Positions 1 to 8,400 of a stretch of DNA of 64,000 bases are shown here, piece after piece. Within the stretch, counting starts at the first letter, position 1; each line of letters begins with the position of its first letter. Source of the DNA: Phycisphaerales bacterium (GTDB taxonomy: Bacteria; Planctomycetota; Phycisphaerae; Phycisphaerales; UBA1924); NCBI GenBank assembly GCA_035627955.1, contig DASPKU010000002.1:22277-86276 (forward strand), given 5' to 3'. A program made the position numbers and the translations under genes. The notes under the pieces were generated by a model. It had not been told where the DNA came from, searched no databases, and worked only from the letters and a program-made list of their open reading frames with translations.

Positions 1-342
1 TGCGGGCGCGCCTTCGACCAGTTCCTCTCCTTCGCCTGGCCCAGCGCCAAGTGCGCGGTCATGGGCGCCAACCAGGCCACCGGCGTGCTCGCCACCATCG
101 AAGAAGCCAGCCGCAAGCGCAAGGGCGAGGTCATCGACGAGGCCACCCACAAACAGATCCTCGCCGCCGTGCACGCCGGCTACACCGAGCAGGCCGACAT
201 CCGCCACGGCGCCGCCCGCGGCTGGGTCGACTGCCTCATCGAACCCCACAAGACCCGCGACGAGCTCATCGCGGCGCTCGAGGCCGCGAACCAGGGGTGG
301 GACTACAGCAAGCCGTTCAAGACCGGCGTGCTGCAGACGTGA
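1..342 (+). CDS. acyl-CoA carboxylase carboxyltransferase (beta) subunit, C-terminal fragment; 5' end lies outside the window
   Basis: Frame 1 is open from base 1. The tail ...WPSAKCAVMGANQATGVLATIEE...KPFKTGVLQT resembles the conserved C-terminus of propionyl/methylcrotonyl-CoA carboxylase beta subunits. TGA stop at 340-342. Confidence 0.8.
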   Translation, partial: CGRAFDQFLSFAWPSAKCAVMGANQATGVLATIEEASRKRKGEVIDEATHKQILAAVHAGYTEQADIRHGAARGWVDCLIEPHKTRDELIAALEAANQGWDYSKPFKTGVLQT

Positions 343-345
343 TGG

Positions 346-690
346 TTATTGACTTGCCTCGAGCAGTTCCACTAACGGCTCGCCGCGCTTGAGCAACTCA
401 ATCGCACGCGGCAGTGTCAGCGTGAAGTACTCCTTCAACGCACGATTCGAGGTGTTGCCCACACGGATCCAGAGCACCTGCGGAGGCGCATCGAGACGCG
501 TGACCAGGTCGGCGAAGTCCTCGTCCTTCGACAGAATCACGACCCCGGGCTGTCGCAGCGCTTGAAAGATGACCGCGTCGTCCTCGGTGTGCAGCGGCGT
601 GCCACGCACGTGGCGGCACTCGATCGTAAAGGTCGTGGCGATCCAGGGAGCGATAGCAGGCGGCAGCTGGTTGTCGACCCACAAGGTCAA
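346..690 (-). CDS. DUF5615-family (PIN-like / Mut7-C-like) putative toxin
   Basis: 114 aa. LWVDNQLPPAIAPW...ILSKDEDFADLV matches the DUF5615 pattern (N-terminal xDxNLP, internal D.DF). The TTG start overlaps the stop of the upstream DUF433 gene (TTGA). Confidence 0.7.
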   Translation of the reverse strand: MTLWVDNQLPPAIAPWIATTFTIECRHVRGTPLHTEDDAVIFQALRQPGVVILSKDEDFADLVTRLDAPPQVLWIRVGNTSNRALKEYFTLTLPRAIELLKRGEPLVELLEASQ

Positions 691-926
691 GCCGCCACCT
701 GACTGTGCGAAACTCGTTTCGCCGCGAAGACCAGCGCCGCCCGGATGTCATCCCGCTCAAGGTCCGGGTAGTCCGCCAGGATCTCGTCCTCGCCAACCCC
801 CGCCGCCAGCATCTCCAACACGTCCGAAACCCGGATGCGCAGTCCGCGGATGCACGGCTTCCCGCCGCACTGCCCGGGGCGCTGCGTGATCCTCTCGAGC
901 AAGGCCTTGTGCTGCCCATTGTCCAT
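687..926 (-). CDS. DUF433-family putative antitoxin
   Basis: 79 aa. GGKPCIRGLRIRVSDVLEMLAAGVGEDEILADYPDLERDDIRAAL is the canonical DUF433 signature. ATG at 924-926. It overlaps the downstream partner by 4 nt. Confidence 0.75.
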   Translation of the reverse strand: MDNGQHKALLERITQRPGQCGGKPCIRGLRIRVSDVLEMLAAGVGEDEILADYPDLERDDIRAALVFAAKRVSHSQVAA

Positions 927-944
927 GCGTTCTAATCATACGGC

Positions 945-1520
945 ATGTCCGCCCTTGACCGAGCCGCGCACGACGAAGCCAACGGCGATCTCGCCTCGGC
1001 CCGACGCCGCCTTGCCTCCTACCTCCGCACCCTCGCCGGCAAGGGCGGCACACGCGAGCCGCTGCCCTCGCAGCTCGCCGGCGTGGAGGCCGCCGCGCAG
1101 GCCGCCTACCGCCCCGAGATCATCGAGCGCGTTGCCCGCCTCTGCCTCCGCATGGGAGACCCTGCCGCGGCGGGCCAGTGGTACTTCCTCATCGACTCCA
1201 GCGATGAGCACGCCCCCGCCTCGATCGCGCGATTCGAGGCCTCCCGCGGCCATAACCCCTTCCAGCTCTGGATCGCCCTCCCACCCTGGGCGCGCAACCT
1301 CCCGCTCGACGCCTATCCGCCCGCCGCCCGCGAGCGCATCGCCCGCATCATGCCGCCGTTCTACAAGCAGGGCCCAAAGCGTGAACGCCGCAGCAAGGGG
1401 GAGCGCGCCGCCGACCGCGCCCTCGGCTTCGGCTGCGCCTCCCTCTGGATCGGGGTCCCGGTGCTCGCCCTCGTGGGCCTCGTGACCGTCATCCTGTGGC
1501 TGGTGCGCCTCTTCCAGTAG
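945..1520 (+). CDS. hypothetical protein with a C-terminal transmembrane anchor
   Basis: ATG-initiated 191-aa ORF with high third-position GC and a hydrophobic tail LWIGVPVLALVGLVTVILWLV. I do not recognise a family with confidence. Confidence 0.5.
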   Translation: MSALDRAAHDEANGDLASARRRLASYLRTLAGKGGTREPLPSQLAGVEAAAQAAYRPEIIERVARLCLRMGDPAAAGQWYFLIDSSDEHAPASIARFEASRGHNPFQLWIALPPWARNLPLDAYPPAARERIARIMPPFYKQGPKRERRSKGERAADRALGFGCASLWIGVPVLALVGLVTVILWLVRLFQ

Positions 1521-1598
1521 CACCACGGATCCACCGCAAGCCGCGCCCGCGACTCCCCAACAACGTGTACCCTGTCCTCCCCGACCACAGGACCATCC

Positions 1599-3314
1599 GT
1601 GCGCCGCGCCGCTATCACCACCGCCTGCCTCAGCCTGCCCTTCCTGCTCGCCGCGTGCGAGGGCAACCCCTTCGCCGCCAATGATGGCGACTACGCCAAG
1701 CGCGTGGCCCTTGAGCGTCTCCGCGACATCCCGCCCTCGCGCCTCGAGGAGTTCAAGCGGCCCACGCCGCCGACTCCGCAGGATGCCGCGGCCGCCCGCC
1801 TGCGCTTCGCCGCTCTTGAGAAGCTCGATCTGCCGCTGGAGGAAGCCCGCGCCCAGGCCCTCCGCCACAACCTCGACCTCAAGGTTGCCCTCGTTAACCC
1901 CACCATCGCGGCCCAGCAGGTCTCCCTCGAAGAGGCCCGCTTCGAGTCCGCCTTCACCCTCCGCGCGGCCTACAGCGAGATCGACGCCCCCACCTCCTCG
2001 CAGCTGAGCGCTGCTCAGTCCAAGAACCTCACGCTCATCCCCGGCGTCCGCATCCCCACGCGCACGGGGGGCCAGGCCGTGGTCCGCCTGCCCATCCAGA
2101 AGAACGAGAACAACAACCCGTTCTCGACGCTCAACCCCGCATACAGCAGCGACCTGGAGTTCTCCCTCAGCCACGAGCTGCTCCGTGGAGCCGGGCGGCG
2201 CGCCAACACCGCCGCCCTCCGCATCGCCGGCTACAACCTTCAAGCGACTGAGGCCCAGACCAAGCTTGAGGTCATCCGCCAGCTCGCGGCCGTGGACCGC
2301 TCGTACTGGCGCCTCTTCCAGGCCCGGCGCGAGCTGGAGGTCGCGCAGCAGCAGTACGAGCTCGCCACCGATCAGGAGGCCCGCGCCCAGCGCCGTGTCG
2401 ACTCAGGCCTCGCGGCGCCGATTGAGGTCACCCGCGCCCAGGCCGGCAGCGCCGACCGCCTCGAAGCCATCATCGTCGCCCAGAACAACGTGCAGTTCCA
2501 GCAGCGCGAGCTCAAGCGCATCATCAACATCCCCGGCCTCACGCTCGACACCCAGACGATGGTCGTGCCAGCCTCCCCGCCCGACCCCGTCGAGTACGTC
2601 TTCGACACCTCGGCCCTCGTGAAGCAGGCGCTCGACAACCGCATGGAGATGCTCGAGCTCGAGCTCCGCCTCGCCGCCGACGCCGCCAATATCGCCTTTG
2701 CCCGCAACCAGACGCTCCCGCTGCTCACCCTCGACTACACCTACCGCGTCAACGGCCTGGGCGGCTCCACGCAGGACTCCTTCCACACGCTCCAGCGCAA
2801 CCGCTTCGAGGACTGGGAGCTCGGCCTCACCGCCGAAATCCCCCTGGGCAACGAGGCCGCCCGCTCGCGCCTGCGCTCGGCCATCCTCGAGCGCATCCAG
2901 CGGCTCTCAACGAAGCAGGCCCGCGAGCTCGCCATCACCCAGGAAGTGCTCAACGCCGTGGACGCCATCGACTCCGGTTGGCAGCGCGTGCTCGCGGCCC
3001 GGCAGTCGGTGATCCTGAACCGCCGCACCCTCCAGGCCGAGCAGCGGCAGTTCGACGTCGGTGGTTCCACCAGCACCAACGTGCTCGACGCCGCGACCCG
3101 CCTCGCCGAGGCCGAGTTCGCCGAGGCCCGCGCCCTCGCCGACTACCAGATCGCGCAGGTGGACCTCGCCTTCGCCACGGGCACGCTCCTGGGCGCCAGC
3201 AAGGTGACGTGGTCCCCCGAGCCTGAACCATCAACCGGCCAAGGAAATCCGGTGGAAGAACTCCCCAATTCCTCCGCCGCCGACAACACACCCACGCCCC
3301 CCGCCCAACCCTGA
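1599..3314 (+). CDS. TolC-family outer-membrane efflux lipoprotein
   Basis: GTG start and lipobox LPFLLAAC. Two long coiled/beta repeats with motifs typical of the outer membrane efflux protein family (LEEARAQALRHNLDLK..., ...DYQIAQVDLAFATGTL). Confidence 0.85.
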   Translation: MRRAAITTACLSLPFLLAACEGNPFAANDGDYAKRVALERLRDIPPSRLEEFKRPTPPTPQDAAAARLRFAALEKLDLPLEEARAQALRHNLDLKVALVNPTIAAQQVSLEEARFESAFTLRAAYSEIDAPTSSQLSAAQSKNLTLIPGVRIPTRTGGQAVVRLPIQKNENNNPFSTLNPAYSSDLEFSLSHELLRGAGRRANTAALRIAGYNLQATEAQTKLEVIRQLAAVDRSYWRLFQARRELEVAQQQYELATDQEARAQRRVDSGLAAPIEVTRAQAGSADRLEAIIVAQNNVQFQQRELKRIINIPGLTLDTQTMVVPASPPDPVEYVFDTSALVKQALDNRMEMLELELRLAADAANIAFARNQTLPLLTLDYTYRVNGLGGSTQDSFHTLQRNRFEDWELGLTAEIPLGNEAARSRLRSAILERIQRLSTKQARELAITQEVLNAVDAIDSGWQRVLAARQSVILNRRTLQAEQRQFDVGGSTSTNVLDAATRLAEAEFAEARALADYQIAQVDLAFATGTLLGASKVTWSPEPEPSTGQGNPVEELPNSSAADNTPTPPAQP

Positions 3315-3420
3315 ATCCAAGCCTCACACGGGGCGCATTCCAGATACCCTTCACCGACAGAAGGGCCTCGGTCTCCGTTTCGGCGATTCCATCCGCAGGA
3401 CGCGGCTCGGATCGGAGGGT

Positions 3421-5010
3421 TTGGTGCAGAGTCCCCATCTCCATGCCCCGATCGAAGGCGGCGGGTCCTTTCTGGCACGCCTCTTCGATGTCTCCGACTT
3501 CACCGCCCGCGTCATCTGCTTCAATCGCGACCCCAGCGTCGTCTGGCTGCACCTCGTCTCCGACACCATCATCGCCGCGGCCTACTTCTCCATACCGGTG
3601 GCCCTCATCACCCTCGTCCTCAAGCGGCGCGACCTCGCCTTCCCGTGGATGTTCGTCCTCTTCGGTGGCTTTATCCTCCTCTGCGGCACCACTCACGTCT
3701 TCAACGTCCTCGCCCTGCACTACCCCATGTACCGCTTCGACGGCGTGGTGAAGGCCCTCACCGCCGCGTTCTCGATCGGCACCGCCGTCGCGCTCTGGCC
3801 GCTCATCCCCAAGATCCTCACCATCCCCAGCCCGGACATGCTCCGCGAGGCCAACGCCAAGCTGGAGGGCCAGGTGGCCGAGCGCCGCAAGGCGCAGGAA
3901 GACCTCCAGCGGGCCCGCGACGAGCTCCAGCTCCGCGTCGATCAGCTCGAGAACGCCAACAAGGAGCTCGAGCTGTCGTACCAGCGCCTCCGCGTCTCGG
4001 AGCGCATGGCCGCGATCGGCACGCTCTCCGCCGGACTTGGGCACGACATGGGCAACCTGCTGCTGCCCGTGCGGGCCCGCCTCGAGTCCATCGAATCGCG
4101 CGGCGTGCCCGCCGAGCTGAAGGAAGACGTTGCCGCGATCCGCACCTGCGCCGAGTACCTTCAGCGCCTCTCCAAGGGCCTCCGCCTGCTCTCGCTGGAC
4201 CCGGAGGAGGGCGAGATGGAAGCGACTCCCGTCCGCGCCTGGTGGGATGAGGTGCGGCCGATGCTCGAGAACGCCATCCCCGAGTCCGTCGAGCTGCAGG
4301 GCGACTTTGGCGCGGATCTGCCGCCCGCGCTGCTCTCGCGCCACGGGCTCACGCAAGCCGTGTTCAACCTCGTGCAGAACGCCGGCGACGCCATGCGTGC
4401 CCGCGGGCACGGCCGGATCACCGTCTGGGCCCGCAAGGGCGCCGAGACCGACACCATCGACATCGGTGTGCGCGACAACGGCCCGGGCATGAGCGAGGAG
4501 ACCCGCCGCCGCTGCCTCGAGCCCTTCTTCACCACCAAGACCCGGGCTATCTCCACCGGCCTGGGGCTCGCGCTGGTCAACGGCATCATCCAACGCGCCA
4601 AGGGCACGATCGAGGTCCGCACGCAGCTGGGGCAGGGCTCCGAGTTCATCCTCCACCTGCGCGCCGCCCGCTCGCTCCGGCGGAGTGATGCGCCGCCGCT
4701 GCGGGCGGTGGTGTCGATTCCCGACGCCCGCCTCCGCAGCTTCACCTCCGAGCTGCTGAAGTCGCTGGGCTTCGAGGTTGTCGTTTCGGACGCGCCCGCC
4801 GACGGCTCCGCGAGCGTCTGGGTCGTTGATGCCAGTACCGGCTCACGCGATAAGGTGCAGGAGTTCGTGCGCGGCAGCGATCAACGCCGCGCCCTGATGC
4901 TCGGCGGCGACGGCTCGGACACCGACCGCGTCCGCATCGTCCGCGAGCCTCGCCCCACCGCCGTGCGCGCCGCTCTCGACCAGGCTGCGCACGAGCTGGG
5001 GCTGCGGTAA
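3421..5010 (+). CDS. sensor histidine kinase with an ethylene-receptor-like N-terminal membrane domain and a C-terminal receiver-like region
   Basis: Three N-terminal TM helices with SDTIIAAAYFSIP and FILLCGTTHVFNVL. Then a coiled coil, an H-box (GLGHDMGNLLLP) and an HATPase_c domain (N-box NLVQNAGDAM, G-boxes DNGPGM / GLGLALV). Only TTG/GTG starts are available (3421/3424). Confidence 0.85.
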   Translation: MVQSPHLHAPIEGGGSFLARLFDVSDFTARVICFNRDPSVVWLHLVSDTIIAAAYFSIPVALITLVLKRRDLAFPWMFVLFGGFILLCGTTHVFNVLALHYPMYRFDGVVKALTAAFSIGTAVALWPLIPKILTIPSPDMLREANAKLEGQVAERRKAQEDLQRARDELQLRVDQLENANKELELSYQRLRVSERMAAIGTLSAGLGHDMGNLLLPVRARLESIESRGVPAELKEDVAAIRTCAEYLQRLSKGLRLLSLDPEEGEMEATPVRAWWDEVRPMLENAIPESVELQGDFGADLPPALLSRHGLTQAVFNLVQNAGDAMRARGHGRITVWARKGAETDTIDIGVRDNGPGMSEETRRRCLEPFFTTKTRAISTGLGLALVNGIIQRAKGTIEVRTQLGQGSEFILHLRAARSLRRSDAPPLRAVVSIPDARLRSFTSELLKSLGFEVVVSDAPADGSASVWVVDASTGSRDKVQEFVRGSDQRRALMLGGDGSDTDRVRIVREPRPTAVRAALDQAAHELGLR

Positions 5011-5107
5011 GAACCGCGACCGTGAGGGAGCGATACGCCCGCGCCTGGCGGGCGTGGGTGTGTTCTGCACCAGCGGCGAAAGCCCCCGTCCCTTACGGTC
5101 GCGGTTC
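5011..5107. repeat. inverted repeat (19-nt arms, about 59-nt spacer) filling the convergent gap between the kinase and the response regulator
   Basis: Arm gaaccgcgaccgtgaggga (5011-5029) against tcccttacggtcgcggttc (5089-5107); 18 of 19 positions are complementary. Confidence 0.6.
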
Positions 5108-5118
5108 CTATCGGCGTC

Positions 5119-5550
5119 TCAGTGCACCCGCCGCCGCTTCAGTTCCGCCTCCACCTCCGACCCCATCGCGAACCCGCCCTTGGCCACCTGCTGGATGGCC
5201 GCGAGGATCGTCTCGGTGTTCTCGTTCTTGCTGACGTAGCCCCAGGCCCCCGCTTCCACGGCGCGGTCGATGTAGTCGGCCCGCACGTACCCGCTCAGCA
5301 TGATGACGCGGGCGTCGGGGCATTCCCCGGCGAGCTCCGCCAGGGCCTCGAACGAGTCCTTGCCGGGCATGTCGATGTCGAGCAGCACCACGTCCGCCCG
5401 CTTCTCCTTCACGGTCTTTACCAGGTCCCGCGCCTCGGGCAGCCACCCCGCCCATTCGAACGTCGGATCGAGCGACAGCTTGCGGCGGATCGCCTCCGCG
5501 ACAAAGTCATTGTCGTCGACGCAGAGCACACGGATCGCTTGCTCGGACAT
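5119..5550 (-). CDS. single-domain response regulator (CheY-like receiver)
   Basis: MSEQAIRVLCVDDNDF...VVLLDIDMPGKDSFE...VIMLSGY... shows the acidic pocket, the phospho-Asp and the conserved S/T and K context. ATG at 5548-5550. The longer track ORF (to 5799) runs through a tRNA gene. Confidence 0.85.
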   Translation of the reverse strand: MSEQAIRVLCVDDNDFVAEAIRRKLSLDPTFEWAGWLPEARDLVKTVKEKRADVVLLDIDMPGKDSFEALAELAGECPDARVIMLSGYVRADYIDRAVEAGAWGYVSKNENTETILAAIQQVAKGGFAMGSEVEAELKRRRVH

Positions 5551-5696
5551 GGACCTCGTTCCCGTCTCCGGAATTGGACTGGCAGATGATTCCATACTCG
5601 TACGTTGATTCAAGGCAGTACGAGGTGGCGGGTCCCGGGATGAATCCAATCTCACCAGTTCCTCAGAACCGGAGCGCCCGCCGAAGGGGAAACAAG

Positions 5697-5783
5697 CGGT
5701 GGGGAGGGGATTCGAACCCCTGATACCCTGACGGGTATACCGGTTTTCAAGACCGGCGCATTCGACCACTCTGCCACCCCACC
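5697..5783 (-). tRNA. tRNA-Ser (anticodon UGA)
   Basis: Manual fold of the reverse complement. Acceptor GGTGGGG/CCCCACC, D arm GCA-GAGTGGTCGAA-TGC, anticodon stem CCGGT/ACCGG with loop CTTGAAA (anticodon TGA), long variable arm TACCC/GGGTA, T arm AGGGG-TTCGAAT-CCCCT. CCA is not encoded. Confidence 0.85.
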
Positions 5784-5796
5784 CAGATGCCCGTGC

Positions 5797-5818
5797 CAAG
5801 ACCGTGCTGACGGTCGTG
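5797..5818 (-). terminator. GC-rich hairpin downstream of the zinc-finger gene; a near-identical copy lies at 39635..39658
   Basis: caagaccgt-gctg-acggtcgtg, a 9-bp stem with one mismatch. There is no clear U tract. Confidence 0.35.
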
Positions 5819-5835
5819 CCTGGGTGCCCACCAGT

Positions 5836-6174
5836 TTACTCCGGCTTCTTCCACCCTGATTCCGGGTCCTTCTGCATGATGGCCGCGGACTGCCGGATGC
5901 ACTTGGTGCACGCCCACGTGTCCTCCCGGAACCCGCGCCAGTGCGGCGTCTCCTGGTGCTGCAAGCAGAGCGCGCACGTGACCACCTCGGGCGCGGGCTC
6001 CCCGGCCCCATTTTTCACCACCATCGTGTACGCGATCGACAGGCATTGGCCGCAGATGAGCGACCCCCGGTGCCCCTCCACCATCGGGCGCGTGTCCGTC
6101 CAGTGGTTCCCGCAGAAGTCGCACAGGAAGTCCTCGGGCTGCAGGTTGTTCTCGTCGGTGCCCTCGCGGCGCAT
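5836..6174 (-). CDS. ClpX-type C4 zinc-finger domain protein (two CxxC...CxxC modules)
   Basis: CDFCGNHW...LICGQCLSIA resembles the ClpX N-terminal zinc-binding domain. A second module is CALC...CTKC. The internal ATG at 6172-6174 is preferred over the 6291 track start, whose upstream part is Arg/Ala-rich. Confidence 0.6.
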   Translation of the reverse strand: MRREGTDENNLQPEDFLCDFCGNHWTDTRPMVEGHRGSLICGQCLSIAYTMVVKNGAGEPAPEVVTCALCLQHQETPHWRGFREDTWACTKCIRQSAAIMQKDPESGWKKPE

Positions 6175-6336
6175 GCGGGAGGGTAAGCACCCACCGGCAG
6201 CCTGAGCGTCAGCGAGGGCATCGCCGCGCCTCGCGGCGATACGTGCGGCTGGGGTGCACCTCGGCGCGCCGCGACTCCACCGCCTCTCCATGGCCGCGAA
6301 GCGCGGCCATGCCCTTCCTCACGGTCGGGCTTCCTG

Positions 6337-8280
6337 TTACGTGGGAAACTGGTGCTGCGCCAGCGCCCTATACACTTCGCACCGCCCCATCAGGTCCTCG
6401 TGCGTTCCCTGGTCCACCACCTGCCCCGCCTCCATCACCACGATCGAGTCGCAGTTGAGCACGGTGCTCAGCCGGTGCGCGACGATCAGGCACGTCCGCC
6501 CGCGGGAGAAGTCCGCGATCGCCGCGGCGATCTGGGCCTCGCTCTCGGCGTCCACCATGCTGGTCGCCTCGTCCATGATCAGGATCGCCGGGTCCCGCAG
6601 CACCGCCCGCGCGATCGCCAGCCGCTGCCGCTGACCGCCAGACAGGCTCAGCCCCTGCTCCGCCACCGGGGTGTCGTAGCCCCTGGGGAGATTCACTATG
6701 AACTCGTGGGCGTGCGCCTGCTTGGCCGCGGCCTCGATCTCCGCCTCGCTCGCCCCAAGCCGGCCATAGGCGATGTTCGAGCGGATCGTCCCCGCGAAAA
6801 TCGCCGTCTCCTGCGTCACCACGCCCACCTGCGACCGCAGGCTCCGCAGCGAGAACCCGCGCACGTCGTGACCGTCCACCAGCACCGTCCCCGCATCCGG
6901 TTCGAACAGGCGCGGCACCAGGCTCAGCAGCGACGTCTTCCCGCACCCGTTGGGCCCCACGAACGCCACGCGCTTGCCGTGCGGGATCCGCAGCGACACG
7001 CCCCGCACCGCGGGCGCGCTCGCCCCCGGGTACGTCAGCACCACATCGCGAAACTCCACCGACTCCGCATGCCGCGGCAGGCGGGCCAGCTTCTCGCCCC
7101 CGGCGACGAGCCCGCCATGCCCTGGCTCCGGCTCCGCGTCGATCAGCTGCCGCAGCCGCTCCGCGGCGGGCGCCGACGCCTGGATGTCGTTGATCAGGCC
7201 GGTCAGCGGCTTGAGAGACGCCCCCGCCACCGCGAGCGAGATCATCGCCAGGATGAAGTCCGCGGGGTCAACCTGCACCTCCTGCACGCCCCCGAACCGC
7301 CCCATGTCGATCTTGATCCCCTTGATGATCACCCACCCGGCCGCGAGCGTGAGCCCGCACAGCAGGAAGATGGAGAGCATCTCAGTCAGCGGGCTGGCCA
7401 GCGCCCGGGCTGTGCGCACGCGGTTGAGCTCGCGCATGACCTGCTTGTTCGCCCGGTGGAAGCGCCCGCCCTCGTACACCTCGTTGGTGTACACCTTCAC
7501 CACCCGCAGCGCCTGCAGGCTCTCGGTCGCGCTCCCCAGCAGCTCCGACTGGCTCTGCAGGGCCGCGTTCGCCGCCCGTTTGATCTTCTTGCCCAGCTTG
7601 CGGATCACCGTGTACAGCGCCGGCGCCACCAGCACCGCGCTCACCGTCACGAACCAGTTGTAGTACAGCGCGGCCGCGAGCCCCGCCACGCCCTTAAGCG
7701 CCTGCAGCACGGCCTTGCTCATCAAGACATTCAGGCCGTTCATCAGCGTGCCCGTGTCGTTGACGATGCGGCTGATGGTGTCGCTCGTCCCCGTCCCCAC
7801 CACCCGCTTGAGCGGCGAGCGCAGGGTCGCCACGAACGCCTCGCGCCGGATGTGCGTGATCGTCCGGTTGACCACCGTGAGCGAGAGGTACGCGTGCAGG
7901 AAGTTGGCAACGCTGCCGACGACGGTGATCACCGCCAGCAGCCCCATCAGAACCGCCAAGGCCGTGAACGGCCCCTCCGGCAGGGCGTCGATGGTGCTCT
8001 GCGGCACCCGCAGCGTGAGCCGCCCCAGCGGCCCCTCAACCCGCTCAAGGGCCCCGTTGAAGTCGGTCGCGAGGTCGCGCAGGTCCTTCTGCTTCTGGCT
8101 GTCGGCCTGAAGGATCCCCTCCAGCACCGGCTTCGCACCGATGATCCCCGCTGCGAGCGTGCCGCCAGACAGCAGGGCCATGGCCAGCGTCCAGAGGACC
8201 AGGGCCCGGTAGCGCAGCATGCGGCGAGCGAACTGCCAGAACGCGTCCCGCTCCGAAGATGTCGTCTTCACTCGCGGCAT
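6337..8280 (-). CDS. ABC transporter, fused permease/ATPase (MsbA-like exporter)
   Basis: Six-TM ABC exporter domain followed by Walker A GPNGCGKTS, signature LSGGQRQR and Walker B ILIMDEATS. ATG at 8278-8280 (GTG alternative at 8289). Confidence 0.9.
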   Translation of the reverse strand: MPRVKTTSSERDAFWQFARRMLRYRALVLWTLAMALLSGGTLAAGIIGAKPVLEGILQADSQKQKDLRDLATDFNGALERVEGPLGRLTLRVPQSTIDALPEGPFTALAVLMGLLAVITVVGSVANFLHAYLSLTVVNRTITHIRREAFVATLRSPLKRVVGTGTSDTISRIVNDTGTLMNGLNVLMSKAVLQALKGVAGLAAALYYNWFVTVSAVLVAPALYTVIRKLGKKIKRAANAALQSQSELLGSATESLQALRVVKVYTNEVYEGGRFHRANKQVMRELNRVRTARALASPLTEMLSIFLLCGLTLAAGWVIIKGIKIDMGRFGGVQEVQVDPADFILAMISLAVAGASLKPLTGLINDIQASAPAAERLRQLIDAEPEPGHGGLVAGGEKLARLPRHAESVEFRDVVLTYPGASAPAVRGVSLRIPHGKRVAFVGPNGCGKTSLLSLVPRLFEPDAGTVLVDGHDVRGFSLRSLRSQVGVVTQETAIFAGTIRSNIAYGRLGASEAEIEAAAKQAHAHEFIVNLPRGYDTPVAEQGLSLSGGQRQRLAIARAVLRDPAILIMDEATSMVDAESEAQIAAAIADFSRGRTCLIVAHRLSTVLNCDSIVVMEAGQVVDQGTHEDLMGRCEVYRALAQHQFPT

Positions 8281-8400
8281 CAGGCGCACGCCGAGCGGGC
8301 GCGGGACCCTTGTGATCCCCGCCCGCGGCGTTGAACCCAGAGCGTACCCGGCCGGAGGCCGGGCCGCGTGCAGTGCGTGCCCCGGTCCACTCGCCCAGAC

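Noticed and set aside
2950-4656. 568-aa minus-strand ORF. The same verdict applies to 936..2243-, 6352..8334+, 16738..18282+, 19267..21327+, 21970..23859+, 37132..38523+, 33184..34452-, 33666..35531- and 38174..39766+.
   Set aside because: Each is antisense to, or out of frame with, a gene that carries strong family motifs. All have Arg/Gly/Pro/Ala-rich translations and no motifs.
5551-5799. N-terminal extension of the response-regulator ORF (track start 5799)
   Set aside because: The extension is simply the translation of tRNA-Ser (5697-5783) and its flanks. The receiver domain begins right after the ATG at 5550.
5697-5836. Integrated element or integrase next to tRNA-Ser
   Set aside because: There is no integrase, no direct repeat of the tRNA 3' end and no compositional break. 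The flanking genes are ordinary chromosomal genes.
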